A DNA stretch of 64,000 nt, from positions 248,001 to 312,000 of the forward strand of contig NW_019028988.1 of NCBI RefSeq assembly GCF_002105155.1, read 5' to 3'. This document shows positions 13,332-26,779 of the stretch, one piece after another (the stretch's first letter is position 1; every line of letters begins with the position of its first letter). The DNA comes from Lobosporangium transversale. Lineage: Eukaryota. The translations under genes and the position numbers were made by a program. A model generated the notes under the pieces. It did no database searches and was not told the DNA's origin. It saw nothing but the letters and a program-made list of their open reading frames with translations.

Positions 13332-13612
13332 GCTTTTTCTTTATACTGCTTTTGTCAGTCAAAAGTACCTTCCTGTTGGAGCACTCTTGCGCCTCCGATG
13401 CTCCTCGTGTACGTTCCTTTTTCTTTTCGTTTCTTTTCTTTCTTTTTTTTTTTTTATACTGTGCTTTTAATATCTTCTGGAGGTAGCAGTTAATTCTGAG
13501 AAACTAGTTGCTTGGGTTATCTGAATCCTTCTTCCTGTGACAATATGACAATATAATAGTAATTATAATAAATTATAATAGTTATAATGAAAGTTGTGAA
13601 AGTCATATTGGA

Positions 13613-14715
13613 TTATCCAAATAATAAAATGTAGAGTGGCTGAGCAGAAAGATTCACTAACGATTTATGAGACGCGTTTTTTACACTTATTCCGAGACCA
13701 TTGTCTATGTCTGTAGTTGCACGACAGCGTGATAAGAGAATGCTCTGTTTGGGCCTACAATAGGTTATACTCCAGCTTAAAGTCAACTCCAACGACAGGT
13801 CCCAAGCTGAAAAATTCCAAAATAGCCCATGAAAAACCCTGATCGCTTCGCCTTGCATGTCCTGAGCCGTGAGGGAATAGTCACCATCGGCTCTTTTGAT
13901 TGGTCAATGGCGCCACCAAAGTTAAAAAGCGATCAAATACGCCCCTTTTAGAGGATTCGTCTCTACTGTTGAAGGTAACATCGAGCCGAACACTCAGTGG
14001 TGAGCTAGCTTCTAGGACAGCATAAAGGCTGAAAAAACTCGTTTTTCTGGCACTAACGCGCCGAGACTGCCGCAGTACTTGGAGCGACGTAAGTAAATGG
14101 GCAAGGAGGGACATTTAAAACAATTTGCTAACTTCAACCTTAGATAGCTTTGGAATAAGTATAAGCAGCTTATACCTAAAGTACCTAAAGTATAGAGACT
14201 CTCGTATAGGATGAATCGCTTAATGCATGTCGAAGGCATGGGCTTCTTTATTCCTTTGAGGCAACAAACAACCCTTGTTGCCCTGCCATTTGGTGAAAAA
14301 CAATGATGGAGAAATATCAATAACTATACGCGTAAACAAATCAAGGAGATCTAATGTGGGACAAACTGTATCAGATCAAAGTGCCCTTTGGGAGCAAGCC
14401 TTACTAAGACTTTTATTACCAAAGATCCTTAATAATGGTAATTTTGATCGAGAAAGCAACTTGCTGAGCTCAAGTATCTGGAAGGATACGAAAAGTTGAT
14501 ACAGAATATTGGTAAGAGCTTTCTTCTCTGATTGTACTGTCACGATGTGATGTGCGGGGTACCTGGGTTGGGAGATCTGAAGTAACTGAGCCATCATAAT
14601 CGTCAATTTTCGAGAGAGGATGTATTAAGATCAATGCGATTGATTCGCATAACCTAGCTGCAATACTGTCCATTACCGTCGTCGTCTTAATCTCGAGCGG
14701 ATGTGCTGTAATCAC
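13613..14715 (-). pseudogene. Possible decayed gene remnant (weak F-box/LRR-like flavour)
   Basis: About 1.1 kb of coding-like composition without homopolymer runs, broken into overlapping short ORFs in different frames (HPLEI..., ILELSKLLSR..., DLSLELTLSWSITY); no intact model found. Confidence 0.25.
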
Positions 14716-15202
14716 AACTACTATCGCGGCTGTTTTCTAATTAGACAAAGCTAAAAAAAAAATAAAAAAATAAAAAAATAAAAAAAAAAAGATGAAGAAT
14801 GTAAGGCTCTGTCTGGCTCTTAAGAAACACCGCAGTATATGTCTTCAGCGTGTTTTGTCCTTTGTGCCAGTTTTGAGATATCAGATGGCAGATACAACTT
14901 TATTATATTTTGGAGCAAAAACCAAATCTTGTAAATTATATATTCAAACAGCCATCATGTATAAAAATTTAGATACATCTTTTTTTTTTTTTTTTTTTTT
15001 TTGCTGTGATGAAGTTCATCATCAGCAAGAAAGAAGAGAGGATCGTCTTTTCGTTTTATTTTAATCAAAATACGAATTCATTGACAGGAGCAAGAAACGA
15101 AATAGTATGAATATGTAAAGGAGTAATACGTGTTGGTATATGTAGTGCGAAGAGTGGACAAGGAGAATAATAATAACACTAATAATAATAGTCGTAACAA
15201 TG

Positions 15203-15234
<32 letters not shown>

Positions 15235-15291
15235 GAGCTTGTAAATGAAAAAGAGCATAACGAACAAGAAAAAATTATAATAATAGCAGAG

Positions 15292-15323
<32 letters not shown>

Positions 15324-15375
15324 TGCAACTGTTTACAAAAAATAAAGTAAAATAAAATAAAAAAGAGCGGTTCTA

Positions 15376-17835
15376 TCAGTGCATATCTGCTCTCATAGAG
15401 GCACGCGAGTCAGCACGGTTATCCGAGAATGGATCCACATCTGGTAGAACCTCATTTGAATCAAAAGTTTTGAATGGATCGTTACTGGATGTCAACGACG
15501 GAATAGAGTTGGAGCGGCTGATTGTCATTCGTGAAGAGTATCGACCGGAATACTCTTGATGATAGTGATGGTCATAATATCCTTGCTCTTGCATCTGCAT
15601 TTGCATTTGATGCAAGTGCAATCGCTCTAGGAATTCCTCCTCGGTGATCATAAGACTATCTGGGATGCTAGAAAGTGTTGTAGCTGGACTGCTCTGTTGC
15701 CAGAACGACGATGCTGCCCCCAAAGAATGAAGTGTATTCCTTCGATTCCTGTATCGATATCGTGACGAAGTTGCTGTGCCTGTCGTCTCTGCGAAACTGC
15801 CGCTTCCACTTCCTACTGATCTCAACGTCAAAATATCCGCCATTCTAGATTCGGAATCTTGACCGCTGCTGTTGATACTGTTGCCATCACCGAATATTGA
15901 TCCTTCATCATAGTTCCCTTCTACAGCTTCCCGTGATCGTGAGGAAGTATTGTGGTGAACCGAATGAGCTGTATGCTCTGCACGTGCAGCTATGGACGCC
16001 TCCCAATACTTCCGGATCGTGGATGAATTTTCAACACTTGAATAGCTTGAAGACACAGAATATGTCCGCGAGGAAGATTCTCCAAAGGACGATGGTGTAG
16101 CCTCTCGCATAAAGAGAGGTGTGATTGAGTTGACAATGGCATGAGGCGGTAAGGCAAGGGTTGGCTGAGAGCTGTCCAGTTGAGTCATGCTTTGGCGAGC
16201 TCTATCTTTAGTCAATACTGACACTGCTGCCGCTGTTGCGCCTGCGCTATTTAAAGCAGCAGCCGTGCCATTTGGCCTCTCCATGTAAGAATGCACATCG
16301 CTATCATTGTCATCCTGGTCCTCCATCTTATAAAAATAACCGTCTTTAGGACGCGGCGTAAATCTAAACTTCTTCCGCTGTTTGGTTTCGATCATAGCCC
16401 CGCCAGCCCCGCCCGCATTTATGGCACCACCAGAGCCCGACTCCATCCACTGCTCCATAGATTTTCGGCCTGCCGCTGATCTCTTTCTTCGGCGAATGAT
16501 CACCAAAGAGGCCACTACAATAGCAATACAAGCGATTGCACCAACGCCTCCTAGCGCAGCCCCAATTATTGCCATGTTTGATCTATCTCTTCCAGAGTCG
16601 CTATTGGGTCTTTCTGGCATATTCGATGTACCTGTGCCAGCTTCGCCTCCATTTCCTCCTCCAACACTCCCTTTTCCTCCTTCCCCTCCTTCCATGACGT
16701 CTCCACCATTATTTTCATCACCTGCTCCGGGATCAGGAGTCAGTTTTGGAGTTGAAGTGTCGCTTGTGACTGTTGGATCACCAGTAGCACTGGTGATGGG
16801 ATTTCGGGTTTGAGTGTCAATAGTTCTATAACCTTGTTCTGATGTAGTCGTTGGCTGGACGGTGATAGGATTAAATGGCGAGGGTTTAAAGATTGTTGAT
16901 GGAGTTGTGGGAAAGATAATGAAGGGATCGAGGCTTATGCTATCTGGTGTCGTGGTGGTTGCTGGCTTGCCAATGCCTATGAGTGGAGCAGGGCTGAAGC
17001 CTTGAGTAGAAGAAGGGCTGGGAGCTGGTTGAGTCTGAGTCTGGGTCTGGGACGGCGGCATCCTGGGGGCACGGATAGGATATGGGACGGATGAACTTGA
17101 GGGGGAAGAAGGAAGGGGGGTCTCTGTTTCAGTAGACAAAGTTGGGGTAGATGTGGTGGTTGTGGGTTCTGCATCGGGAGGCGATTTGGGTAGAGGTGCA
17201 GCGTATGGCAATAGGGCAGACTGGATCTCAAAATTGCACGAATCCTCCTGTATGACCTGTAGGCCTGCCTTAGACATGTGGCCTATAAATTGGATTGATC
17301 CCACGGTCGCATATGGTCCACAGTCAGGGAACCGGAAACTGAACTGGTCTGCGGGAGGATTGAGACCACGGCCAGTGAATAAGGTAGCGATAGATCGCCA
17401 TTTACCCCCATTGGGTCCAATGTAATCCCTGCAGAGTAACTCTGCAGAAAGTGTGTCATACAGCTGGACATCGTCGGCAGAGACCTGCCATGCAATCGGG
17501 ACTGTTGTGCCAGGCTGCACAGTGGTACTGTCGTTGGGATATAAACATGACACTGCGTCTATAGGATGCACAATAGTGGGAGACAAGAAGAATAAAAGTG
17601 ATAGTGATAAAGTTGATAGAGTTGAAAAAAAATGACGATGTGAACGATGGGGTGATCGCTGCAGCTGCAGCCGCCTCCTCCGCCGCAGAGGAAGCGTTGA
17701 AGGCTGTGAAAAGAGCAATGATGAAGATGGAAGAATATAAGAGGGGTGAAAGGAGGTAAGAAGAGTAGAGGAGCGAGAGCAAGAGCGAGAATGTAAATGT
17801 GAGTGAGAGGAGAGCGGTGTGCTATCCGGAGGCAT
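15376..17835 (-). CDS. Single-pass membrane protein with Cys-containing N-terminal domain, Ser/Thr/Pro-rich stalk and long cytoplasmic tail (Mid2/Wsc-like sensor architecture), intronless
   Basis: First ATG at 17835 (the ORF-track start is TTG); hydrophobic signal-like segment LSTLSLSLLFFLSPTIV, TM segment IIGAALGGVGAIACIAIVVASLVII followed by RRRKR. Confidence 0.8.
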   Translation of the reverse strand: MPPDSTPLSSHSHLHSRSCSRSSTLLTSFHPSYILPSSSLLFSQPSTLPLRRRRRLQLQRSPHRSHRHFFSTLSTLSLSLLFFLSPTIVHPIDAVSCLYPNDSTTVQPGTTVPIAWQVSADDVQLYDTLSAELLCRDYIGPNGGKWRSIATLFTGRGLNPPADQFSFRFPDCGPYATVGSIQFIGHMSKAGLQVIQEDSCNFEIQSALLPYAAPLPKSPPDAEPTTTTSTPTLSTETETPLPSSPSSSSVPYPIRAPRMPPSQTQTQTQPAPSPSSTQGFSPAPLIGIGKPATTTTPDSISLDPFIIFPTTPSTIFKPSPFNPITVQPTTTSEQGYRTIDTQTRNPITSATGDPTVTSDTSTPKLTPDPGAGDENNGGDVMEGGEGGKGSVGGGNGGEAGTGTSNMPERPNSDSGRDRSNMAIIGAALGGVGAIACIAIVVASLVIIRRRKRSAAGRKSMEQWMESGSGGAINAGGAGGAMIETKQRKKFRFTPRPKDGYFYKMEDQDDNDSDVHSYMERPNGTAAALNSAGATAAAVSVLTKDRARQSMTQLDSSQPTLALPPHAIVNSITPLFMREATPSSFGESSSRTYSVSSSYSSVENSSTIRKYWEASIAARAEHTAHSVHHNTSSRSREAVEGNYDEGSIFGDGNSINSSGQDSESRMADILTLRSVGSGSGSFAETTGTATSSRYRYRNRRNTLHSLGAASSFWQQSSPATTLSSIPDSLMITEEEFLERLHLHQMQMQMQEQGYYDHHYHQEYSGRYSSRMTISRSNSIPSLTSSNDPFKTFDSNEVLPDVDPFSDNRADSRASMRADMH

Positions 17836-20118
17836 CAGTAAAGAGACGTTATATACGGATGTGAGAGACAAGGAAGAAAGAGATATTTGAATATGGAGAT
17901 ATGGATACAGAGTTGGATATGGATATGGTACCAATGAGAGAGAGGAGAGAGAAAGAGAGGAACGAGTGTCGACAAAAGTGAAAAAGGGAAAGTTGATGAC
18001 TAAAGAGAATGTGAAATGAGATTAAAAAAGAAGAAGCGATGAGCGAAAGAAATGAATGAGAATAAGAATGAAGAGTGAAGGAATGATCTAAGATTGAATC
18101 AAACTCAAAAAAAAAAGAAAGAAAGAAAGAGTGAGAGAAGAGTAAGAAAAGAAGAACACAGAAGCAGAAGACATGACATCAGGACATCAGGACCCAACTG
18201 AGATTCAACTGAGGAGACTGATTTATTTATTTTGAAAATGAAATCTGGTGCCAAACAATCTGTTTTTTTACATTCATCACCTTAATAATTACTATCCACT
18301 CACTCTTCACCTCTCCCATCATTTGCAATAACAGCACAAACAGATTGTATCGGGCTTCACAACTGCAACAACTTTTTTCTTTTCTTTTTTTCTTTCTTTT
18401 GGACAGAGAGAAGATGTTTGTTTTATTGATTGTACCCAATGTGGGACAAAGTGAAAGGAGTAACAACGTGCAACGGAGGCACAAAGACTCCTCCATTCTC
18501 TAAAATCTCAATTGAATGTTTATTTCACACTAATCAAGTATTACACCGTGCACAACACAAGCGCGCGTAAAAAAAAAAAACTCATGATGCGTATCTTTGC
18601 TACTCCATACTTGCAGGCAGCAACGAAGGGCATGTTGTGATGCAGTAACTAAATATTGACAACAACAACAAAAAAAGGGCCAAAAGGATGCATCATCTCA
18701 TTTCCATTATCCATCATCCTTATAATCCACAGCTATCCATCGGTTTCTTTTTTCCCCACAAATAAAAACGACAATAAGAGACGCGTGTCCTTTTTTTTAT
18801 TTATTTATTTATTTATTTTTCTTTCACTTTCTGTTATCAATCCATTGCATGAATCTAGTTGAAAAGTTATCTTGACACTTTTTGTGTTCAGTGGGATGAT
18901 CTTATTGGTAGGGGACAAAGTTTGATTGAATTTCTAATTTAAAGAATAGGATCGCGTTGCACCTTCGATTATTATGGCCAAATGCCCTTTAAACGCAATG
19001 GTTATTTCTTTTCCTTCTGTAAGTGCAATGTGGTCTTTTCCTCCTTTGGTATTGTTTTTAAAAGGAACGACAGGCAATTCAATATAATATATATATGCAT
19101 CGTGAGCGATATAGTGTATATATTATACGTAATGAATACACACGCACATTTATACACTTTCCTAACGCTGTTTTTCCTCTGTGCTGTTGGAGATGTGGAT
19201 TGTAAGTAGCTCATAAACCAGTTAATTGTGGGAGAGATGAAATTGAATCGTTGGGTTTGCGGATTGGCCATTGTGAGCCTTTTTTCTTTATTTTTTTCTT
19301 TTTTTACGCTTGAGCTTTGCCAAATTATATTCATACAAAGCATTATAAAACAAACAAATGGTAAGACGTCTTTATAGTATAAATATAAAAAAATAAAGTA
19401 AACATGTCTGTCTGTCTGTAGCGTGAGAGTACTGGGCTCTCTCTTTTTTTGTCCACTTTCATGTACAAAGGACATGAGACGACACTCGCATGTTCCAGAG
19501 CAACATTGCTTATTTGATTAATGATGCACTCCTCATAGAAAGCGCAGTTGATGGGTATTTTTCATCAATTTGCATTGACAACCGCAGTCTTCGCATGATC
19601 ATGGCCGTGACCATGGGATATGCTTTAAAAAAAAAACGGTCTGTTCGAGGAAAACCTTTGTTGTTAAAGATTGTATCCTCTGAAAAATTATCGATGTATA
19701 AAATAAAATAAAAAATAAAAAAAAAAAAAAGTGTCTGCACCTGTCGCTATAATTATGATAATGAATAATTGTTGTTGTCTTTCTTTTCCTTAGAAAGGAT
19801 AAACTCTCTAGACAGAGAATGAACACAAGTCTATCTGCCTTGGTTTACATGTGTCTGCATTTTCGTACACTTTGAACCATTGGATCAAGGAATCTTGGAA
19901 CACGCCCAAGCCTGTGAAAGTAGTACCATGCGGCTGATTGACAAAGCGAGGAAAACAAAACCATAACAATAATGTGTAATAACCAGCTTGGACATGTGTT
20001 TACGAACAATTTGCTCTTCAGTCAGATGTGGTGTGTGCATGCTCTTAAAACGAGCCAAAGGCACAAAAAAAAAAAAAATTGGATACAAAACACGCCTCGG
20101 TTCGCTGGGGCACTCTCG

Positions 20119-20149
<31 letters not shown>

Positions 20150-23100
20150 CTCCATCTGCTCTTTCTGGAAGTAAACCATGCATGCCATTGTGCCATGGGC
20201 CTCTGGACAAACATCATGCGTTTTTTATCCTTCTCTTGAGTTTTGGGGCGAAGGACCGGATGGGAAAGGCGCTAGCCTAGGAAATTTAATTGGAACCAAT
20301 AAATGAAATAATAATTAAAGGTTACAAGATCTTCCTTTAACGACGCCGCATCATTGCTTTAAAAGGCACTGCTGTGTCTCAGTTGGCAGTTCAGCATGCA
20401 TGAAATAAAAAAGATGAACTAGGTCTCACCTACGGTACGGGAATCACGGTGGGATGCTACTAAATGCTAAAGCATTCCTTTCTTCACTTGAATATAGACG
20501 TGATCAGGCCTTAGGAGATTCTCTAGAGCCACAGAGTGTGACCAAATTGTCTTTTACCTTTTTCTCAGTAACTACAATCACTACAATCCAATGATGACAA
20601 CTCCAAGAGTGGCTAAATATACATATATATATATGAACGAATACATTGAAGAGCAGTGTGTGAATAGAAGAGGAGAGTTGTACAGAAAAAAAGGTTTACT
20701 TTGAGTTAAGACTAGTTCTTCGAGAAAGGTCCAAGTAAATCAAAACAAACCAAAAAGTAGAAAACATTCCTATCTCTTAATGCACATAAACATAAATTTG
20801 TGAAGATTGGTTTCCCACAAAGACGAGAGAGAAATGACGCGTTTTCCCAATGATGGGAGCCTTATAGTTTCAGAGACACTTCAGTTTGTGGTATCAACAG
20901 AGCGTCAGTTTATAAATTATAGACCACGGACAGGATTTGAATGTTCTCCTTTGTGTAGGACCTGTTTTTTTTTTTTTTTTTTTTTTTTTTAATAAACTTC
21001 AGCTTTCATCTACTTCATACCTGCAACTTCCTTTCAACTTTCTATTCTGCCCGCACCGCTTTCTTGCGAGCTGTGTCCAGGTTTGGATCTGCGGAGACCG
21101 TGTTTACCTGTATCTTAGGTAGTGTCCAGCAAAACAATAACAATAAACGAGGGCACACTTATGAATACCAGTGTTAATGTAGAGTTTTATTTCATGGATA
21201 GTGCTTTTTACCCACGATGCATGATGAAAGCCAATTGATATATGGATTGACATATCTATGTTGTACCTCATGCTCGCGTTGAAGGCATTTACCCAAAGTT
21301 CATTAGTCAACTCTGTATGTATCCGTGGAACTATTGTCAGAGTAGCCAAAGAAACCCTTGGCCCGTGCTGCTCATTTTTTTAAACCCTTGTTTTTTAAAT
21401 TAAACCGGGGTTGCGGTTGAGTGAAGATGGATGATATTTCGATCTCCACAGAAAAAAAAGACGATATATATATATATACAAATGGCTTTCCATGGCTGCC
21501 CTGTGAAATAATAGCAGTATTCATTCAAATCCTATTGGGCATAAAATAAAGGTAAGGAGTAAGTTCATGCTTCTCCACAATACTTTCGGTACATATACTT
21601 CATATACATTTATATACATACATACATGCTATTCTCTAAACCCCTTTAGCACGATCTGTCGCGTCGAAATCAGAGCCCAATGGATTAAAAGTAGAGGCAA
21701 CATGTGGAGTATGCCCTAAAAATGAGTTTTTTTTTTTTTTTTTTTTTTTGCCGCGGCCGCATCCTGAAGGACAAAGTAGAGTAACGGAAATGCTTCCTAA
21801 TAGGCTCAATGAGATCACTGCGCACGTTAGTTCGTTTAGAAGAGTGGATAGTATGAGAGAGATTAATAACTCTTTAAAGTTCTTAACTAAGGCAGCCTTT
21901 TGGACTGGCAGCATTACGTAGGCTCTAAGGATTTGTGGCCACTGATGGCTGTGGATAGGGAGATGGGTGCCCGTCCAATCTTTGGGACAAACTTCTCATC
22001 AACTTGCCCCTTCTCTCCCCCTTTTCCACTCTTGATGAATGTCTTCGGAAGATGATCCGAAGAGAGATCAGCAGACACATGCTTGTCCAACTTTGTTTTG
22101 TGATAGAAACACGATGACAAGAGGGCTGCAGAAATCCAAGGGAAAAATGAAAGCAAAGTACAAATTGAGTAAGGGCTCGATGGAGAAATTTCTTTTCGAG
22201 TTGGAGTAATTGAAAAAAAACAGGTTGACAAACGCGTCTTACTTCTCTGTTATGTCAAACTGCTTTTTCTAGGCTGCAGACAACCTCTTTTTCATTTTTG
22301 TCTTAGTCGCTATGCTACAAATCCCAAAACGCCGAGTTTATCATAATAAAATAGGCGCCTCTCTTTTTTAGTCATTCTTGAAGCAGTGATGCACGAAACA
22401 ATGTTCAATGTTGTTTTGTCTTCAAAAAAAAAAAAAAAAAGAGCGGACTAAGCGCAAAGATGATGCACAGGCAGGTAGGACTTGTAAGTACAAAACTTTA
22501 AGTCATTTGTGGAAAGATATGATGTTATCGGTGAGACGATAATGATCAATATCACTACAGCCCAAGATTAAAAAAAAAAAAAAGCAAGCATAAATGCATA
22601 CATGTCTGTGTGGGGAAGAGTCGAAGACAGTCTTTCGATTTTATTCAAAAGTTCATCGAGCGTCGTCCAAAGCCGAATCGAGAGTTGCGCAGAGAGAATT
22701 TATTGGACAAGAGGCACAGGACCGCAAAAAGTGAACAGCCATCATCATCACCACCAACTCTTTAACCAAAAAAAAAAAAAAAAGAAAAAAAAAAAAAAAA
22801 AGAAAGATGAACGTAAGAATACAAAGCATTCTTGTGTCTGTGGGATCCATGTATCAAGTAAGCGCTCAGTGCTCTTGGGTCGACTTTTTCATGTAGAAAT
22901 CTATCCATCCCTGTCATGTTTTTGATGACTTTGCACAACGCTGTGTACCCGTGTGACAGATGTGGGAAGTATTGCATTGATGATGACGACGATCATTAAT
23001 CACAAACCGTGGGAGTTCACTTCACAGCAGAACAAAAATAAAAAAAAAGATCGGTTGACTTTCCTCGTTATTCCTTTCTCCCGGGCAGTTGTATGCTTGA

Positions 23101-23881
23101 TTAGAGAGGAAATTGTGCATGTGCACATGCATGCGTAGACTCTTCCTCGGTAAAAATGGATGTAATTGTATAAATATAATTAAGTATAATGTGCATGTTC
23201 TTTGTAAATGTTTTAGCTTATGATCCTTTGCATCTTCCGCAATCAGAACAAAAAGGAAGGAATAGCGAGACACCCTTTGTTTCTTTCCCTCCATTTGCAT
23301 TTGTGTATTTATTTGTCCTTCCTTTGCTCTTCTCTTCTTTAATTTCACCATTTGTGCTTCGCTGATTAATAGCAGAAAAAAAAGAGCATTGTTGAATATC
23401 CTCACTTTCATTTTCATATTCATCTCTATTATTTATATATATTTCTTATTCACCTCATTCACATTCTTCTTTGTTCATCATTCAATTCCATCTTGTTACT
23501 CATTCCTATTATTTTGGTTTTCAATTGTTCGGTATTTTCTTTTTAAGGTATTTTTATTTTCTTTTTTTTTTTTTTATATTTTTATTAATATGTTTGGCCA
23601 CGCATGTTCATGTTCAATCTTTTGGTTGTTTGGCCCATTCGCCTTTTTCCCAAAATATCAGGTCTTTTCTTTGCCCTCTGCGTACTCGGTCACCTCCTTT
23701 CTTCTTTCTGTCTCTTTCATGCTTCACATCTGACAGACAATTTACTGTTCTTATTTAATTTTCAACACTACAAAAAAAAAAAAAAAAAAAAAAAGCTTCC
23801 ATATCCATCACACAACAGCATATCACCACTTAAATCCACATTCTGACACTCTACACAAATAATACAGCAGACAGAGAATTA

Positions 23882-26524
23882 ATGCCCTCGAGAATCTCGG
23901 TTGAACTATCGCCCCCCTCGGCCACTAACTCGCTGGCCATATTGGCCAATCCTGGTTCTACTATCACAAACGGCGACAACGTCTATCCTCTTCAAAAGCC
24001 GATTAGTCTTGTACCCATATCAACAAGTCCTCCTGGAGTGTCCGGGATGGATAATGCCACTTTGAGCCATCCAACCGCCTCTCCTTGCTCCAGCTCACCG
24101 TCAGTGTCGTCGTCTCCTTCATCATCAACACTCTCGCTCCCTGTATCAGCCTTGGCAGACAGCAACAAAGACAAGGGCAAGGGTAAAGCAAAGGCAAATG
24201 ACGACAACGAGGTGGACAACAACAGCCTCTCTACTATCGATGTTATAGACAGGGACAGAGCGTTGTTTTGTACAGGATCGCAAGCCAATCAGAATCACGT
24301 TTACGCTTGTGCCACCCAGTCATCAGACGTATTTCTTCCCATGAACAACAATACAAGCAATGAAGTGTATCAACAACAACAAAACGGCGTCCATCTAAAT
24401 TCTCAAGAACCACATTCACCACATTCAGCTCTTCTTTTCTCGTCTTCTATCCATCAGGAACAACAAGATAAACATGATGCACAACAAATAGATACAGTGG
24501 GAGCTGATAAAGGGAATGGGAAAGGGAAAGGGAAAGGGAAAGCCCCAATGGATGTATTTGATGACAAAAGCAAGAGTATTGCCCTAAATAACGGCAATAG
24601 CAATACTGATATCTACTGCGACCAAGACTTAGTACAACCCAGCACTAATTCGTTTACTGGCCAACATCCGGCTCACATTGGCGCTATAGCATCTGCACAT
24701 GTACGGCCTAATGCAGCTACAGAATCGACAGCAGCTAGCTCTCCAACTAGATCTAACCTCTATGCCCATTCTACTACAAGATCATCCAACTCATCCTCGC
24801 TCACCTCATTGTCCTCAGTCGAGGAAGGAGTTGAGTATTTCAAGATCAAGGCAGGCAGCGCTGCGGAACAACACTCTTCCTCCTCAGCTTCTAAAGCCAT
24901 AACAGACTTGCCAAGCACAGAAGCATTCCAGAAGAGGAAATCTTTCCGTTCAGCTTCCATATCCATGGCTGGCTCTGGTTCTGGCTCTGGACCAAGTTCG
25001 TCGCACCCTCGTATCTTCTCAACGTCAGCTCAATGCTCGTACCCGAACGGTGCTAGTAGCAGCAGCAGCGGCAGCAGCAACCACGCTGTCATTAATTCTG
25101 GATCCGGTTCAAGCTCAAAGCCTATCCTAAACCGTGCATTGACTGGCCCAGCTACTTTTCAACACTCGTTTGCAATTTCGGGCACATCCTCATCTGTTGC
25201 TCCACCTATGCCTAGCCCATCTATTCCTGGATATGATGAAGTGAGTGAGGTTCAGGACTTTAGTCATTTGGGCTACGATGCTCTCCCAGCCGACTTTGAT
25301 TTTGGTGATTTACCCTTTTACGATACGGACCCACGTACAGGCACCATTTACGGTGATCCATATGGTATTACACGGCCGTATCTTAATCCAGCGGTACATT
25401 TTGATCTCTATCAACTGATACACGACAAGAGTGATCCTCGTAAAACCAATATTTTCAACAAGTATGGCGCGTTACTGTACTGCCATCCCGGTCGACACAT
25501 TGGACAGGAGCAGGATTCGTTGAGATCTTTGATAAACAACCAGCCTATCTGGACCATGGCAGGACGCACTTCTACTTGGGGCACGCTGACCGCCACAGAG
25601 ATGGCAACTAAACGACAGATTAAGTTGGTGATGGAGAGTAACAAGAAGAAAGCTGGCGGCGAATCGAATGAACCTCTTGCAAGGTTCGTTTTTCGATGGA
25701 AGGAGGATGACTTTGTGGTTGAGTACAGGAAGCAAAAAGATCAGTACAGGATCACCTGCTCACAAATGTGTGGGGGCGAATCCAAATGGAAGCCGCCGCA
25801 GCCTAAACATACCCAGACCATGTTCCATGGCATGGGAATGGAGTCTGCAGGCATTCCACATATTGCCAGCACCATTGGTACGCCATCTCCATTTGATCCG
25901 ACTCGGTACCTCCAATTGGTTTCTGAATACCGATTAAACTCAGGCCCAGTGCAGAAACGAGGAGATTTTGAGCTATATAACCCAGATACATTCCCAGCAG
26001 AATTCAGGACATTCTTGATGTTGGTCTCAATTGTTGTTTTGGATATAATGCGCCCAGTAGATGATAAGGCATTCTATAAGGAATTTCCGGAAGCAATGCA
26101 TCTCAAGTCCAAGGTGAAAAATCCTGGAGGGATTCGTTCCGCAATTGGTGGAGGTGGAGTGGGTGGTGGTATTCCTATAACAAATGCTCATCCCTCGGAA
26201 TCCAGCGCAGGAGCCAAGGTCGAGGGGGGTTCTCATTCTAAACTGAGCTCTACATCTTCTTTGGATGTAAATCACAACAAGAATAGCAATATCACCAGCT
26301 CTGCTGGCTTGAAGTCTGCAGTAGGAGCAGTCGTTGATGTTGGTCCACCAACCCCACCGACTATGACAAGAAGCACAACCCTCAAGCCATCTGATACTTC
26401 AGCATTCCCTACTGTTACTAACTCTAATACCCCTCCTCCTCCCACAACTCTGATCCGAGCCAAGACAGAGATGCCGCTAGCTCCTGTCAAGAAGTCACGA
26501 TGGGGAAGCTTTTTCAAGAAGTGA
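23882..26524 (+). CDS. 880-aa uncharacterised protein: low-complexity N-terminal half and a globular C-terminal domain
   Basis: Uninterrupted 2.6-kb ORF with ATG start; ordered, beta-rich-looking region at about residues 480-740. Confidence 0.85.
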   Translation: MPSRISVELSPPSATNSLAILANPGSTITNGDNVYPLQKPISLVPISTSPPGVSGMDNATLSHPTASPCSSSPSVSSSPSSSTLSLPVSALADSNKDKGKGKAKANDDNEVDNNSLSTIDVIDRDRALFCTGSQANQNHVYACATQSSDVFLPMNNNTSNEVYQQQQNGVHLNSQEPHSPHSALLFSSSIHQEQQDKHDAQQIDTVGADKGNGKGKGKGKAPMDVFDDKSKSIALNNGNSNTDIYCDQDLVQPSTNSFTGQHPAHIGAIASAHVRPNAATESTAASSPTRSNLYAHSTTRSSNSSSLTSLSSVEEGVEYFKIKAGSAAEQHSSSSASKAITDLPSTEAFQKRKSFRSASISMAGSGSGSGPSSSHPRIFSTSAQCSYPNGASSSSSGSSNHAVINSGSGSSSKPILNRALTGPATFQHSFAISGTSSSVAPPMPSPSIPGYDEVSEVQDFSHLGYDALPADFDFGDLPFYDTDPRTGTIYGDPYGITRPYLNPAVHFDLYQLIHDKSDPRKTNIFNKYGALLYCHPGRHIGQEQDSLRSLINNQPIWTMAGRTSTWGTLTATEMATKRQIKLVMESNKKKAGGESNEPLARFVFRWKEDDFVVEYRKQKDQYRITCSQMCGGESKWKPPQPKHTQTMFHGMGMESAGIPHIASTIGTPSPFDPTRYLQLVSEYRLNSGPVQKRGDFELYNPDTFPAEFRTFLMLVSIVVLDIMRPVDDKAFYKEFPEAMHLKSKVKNPGGIRSAIGGGGVGGGIPITNAHPSESSAGAKVEGGSHSKLSSTSSLDVNHNKNSNITSSAGLKSAVGAVVDVGPPTPPTMTRSTTLKPSDTSAFPTVTNSNTPPPPTTLIRAKTEMPLAPVKKSRWGSFFKK

Positions 26525-26779
26525 AATTGCTTTTTTAGCGGAACAAAATAGCTATAAACTCGTATCATCTTTTCATTTATCTCTCCTTATGCTATACCCA
26601 ATTCTCGTAATTTATGAGCTTGTACATCATTTTTATTAAAGAGATAAAAAAGCCTTTTTAATTGTTATAATTTTTAAAACAAAAACAAAAATAAAAATAA
26701 AAATAAAAATAAAAAAAGAAAAGTTGTTTCTTCACCAATGTCTCTGGATGTCAAATAGCCTTTTTTCTTTTTTTCCTTT

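Noticed and set aside
17935..23881. Many short ORFs in the long intergenic regions (also 50000-56200)
   Set aside because: They are dominated by poly-Lys/poly-Phe from homopolymer runs or use non-ATG starts; no recognisable domains or consistent exon chains were found.
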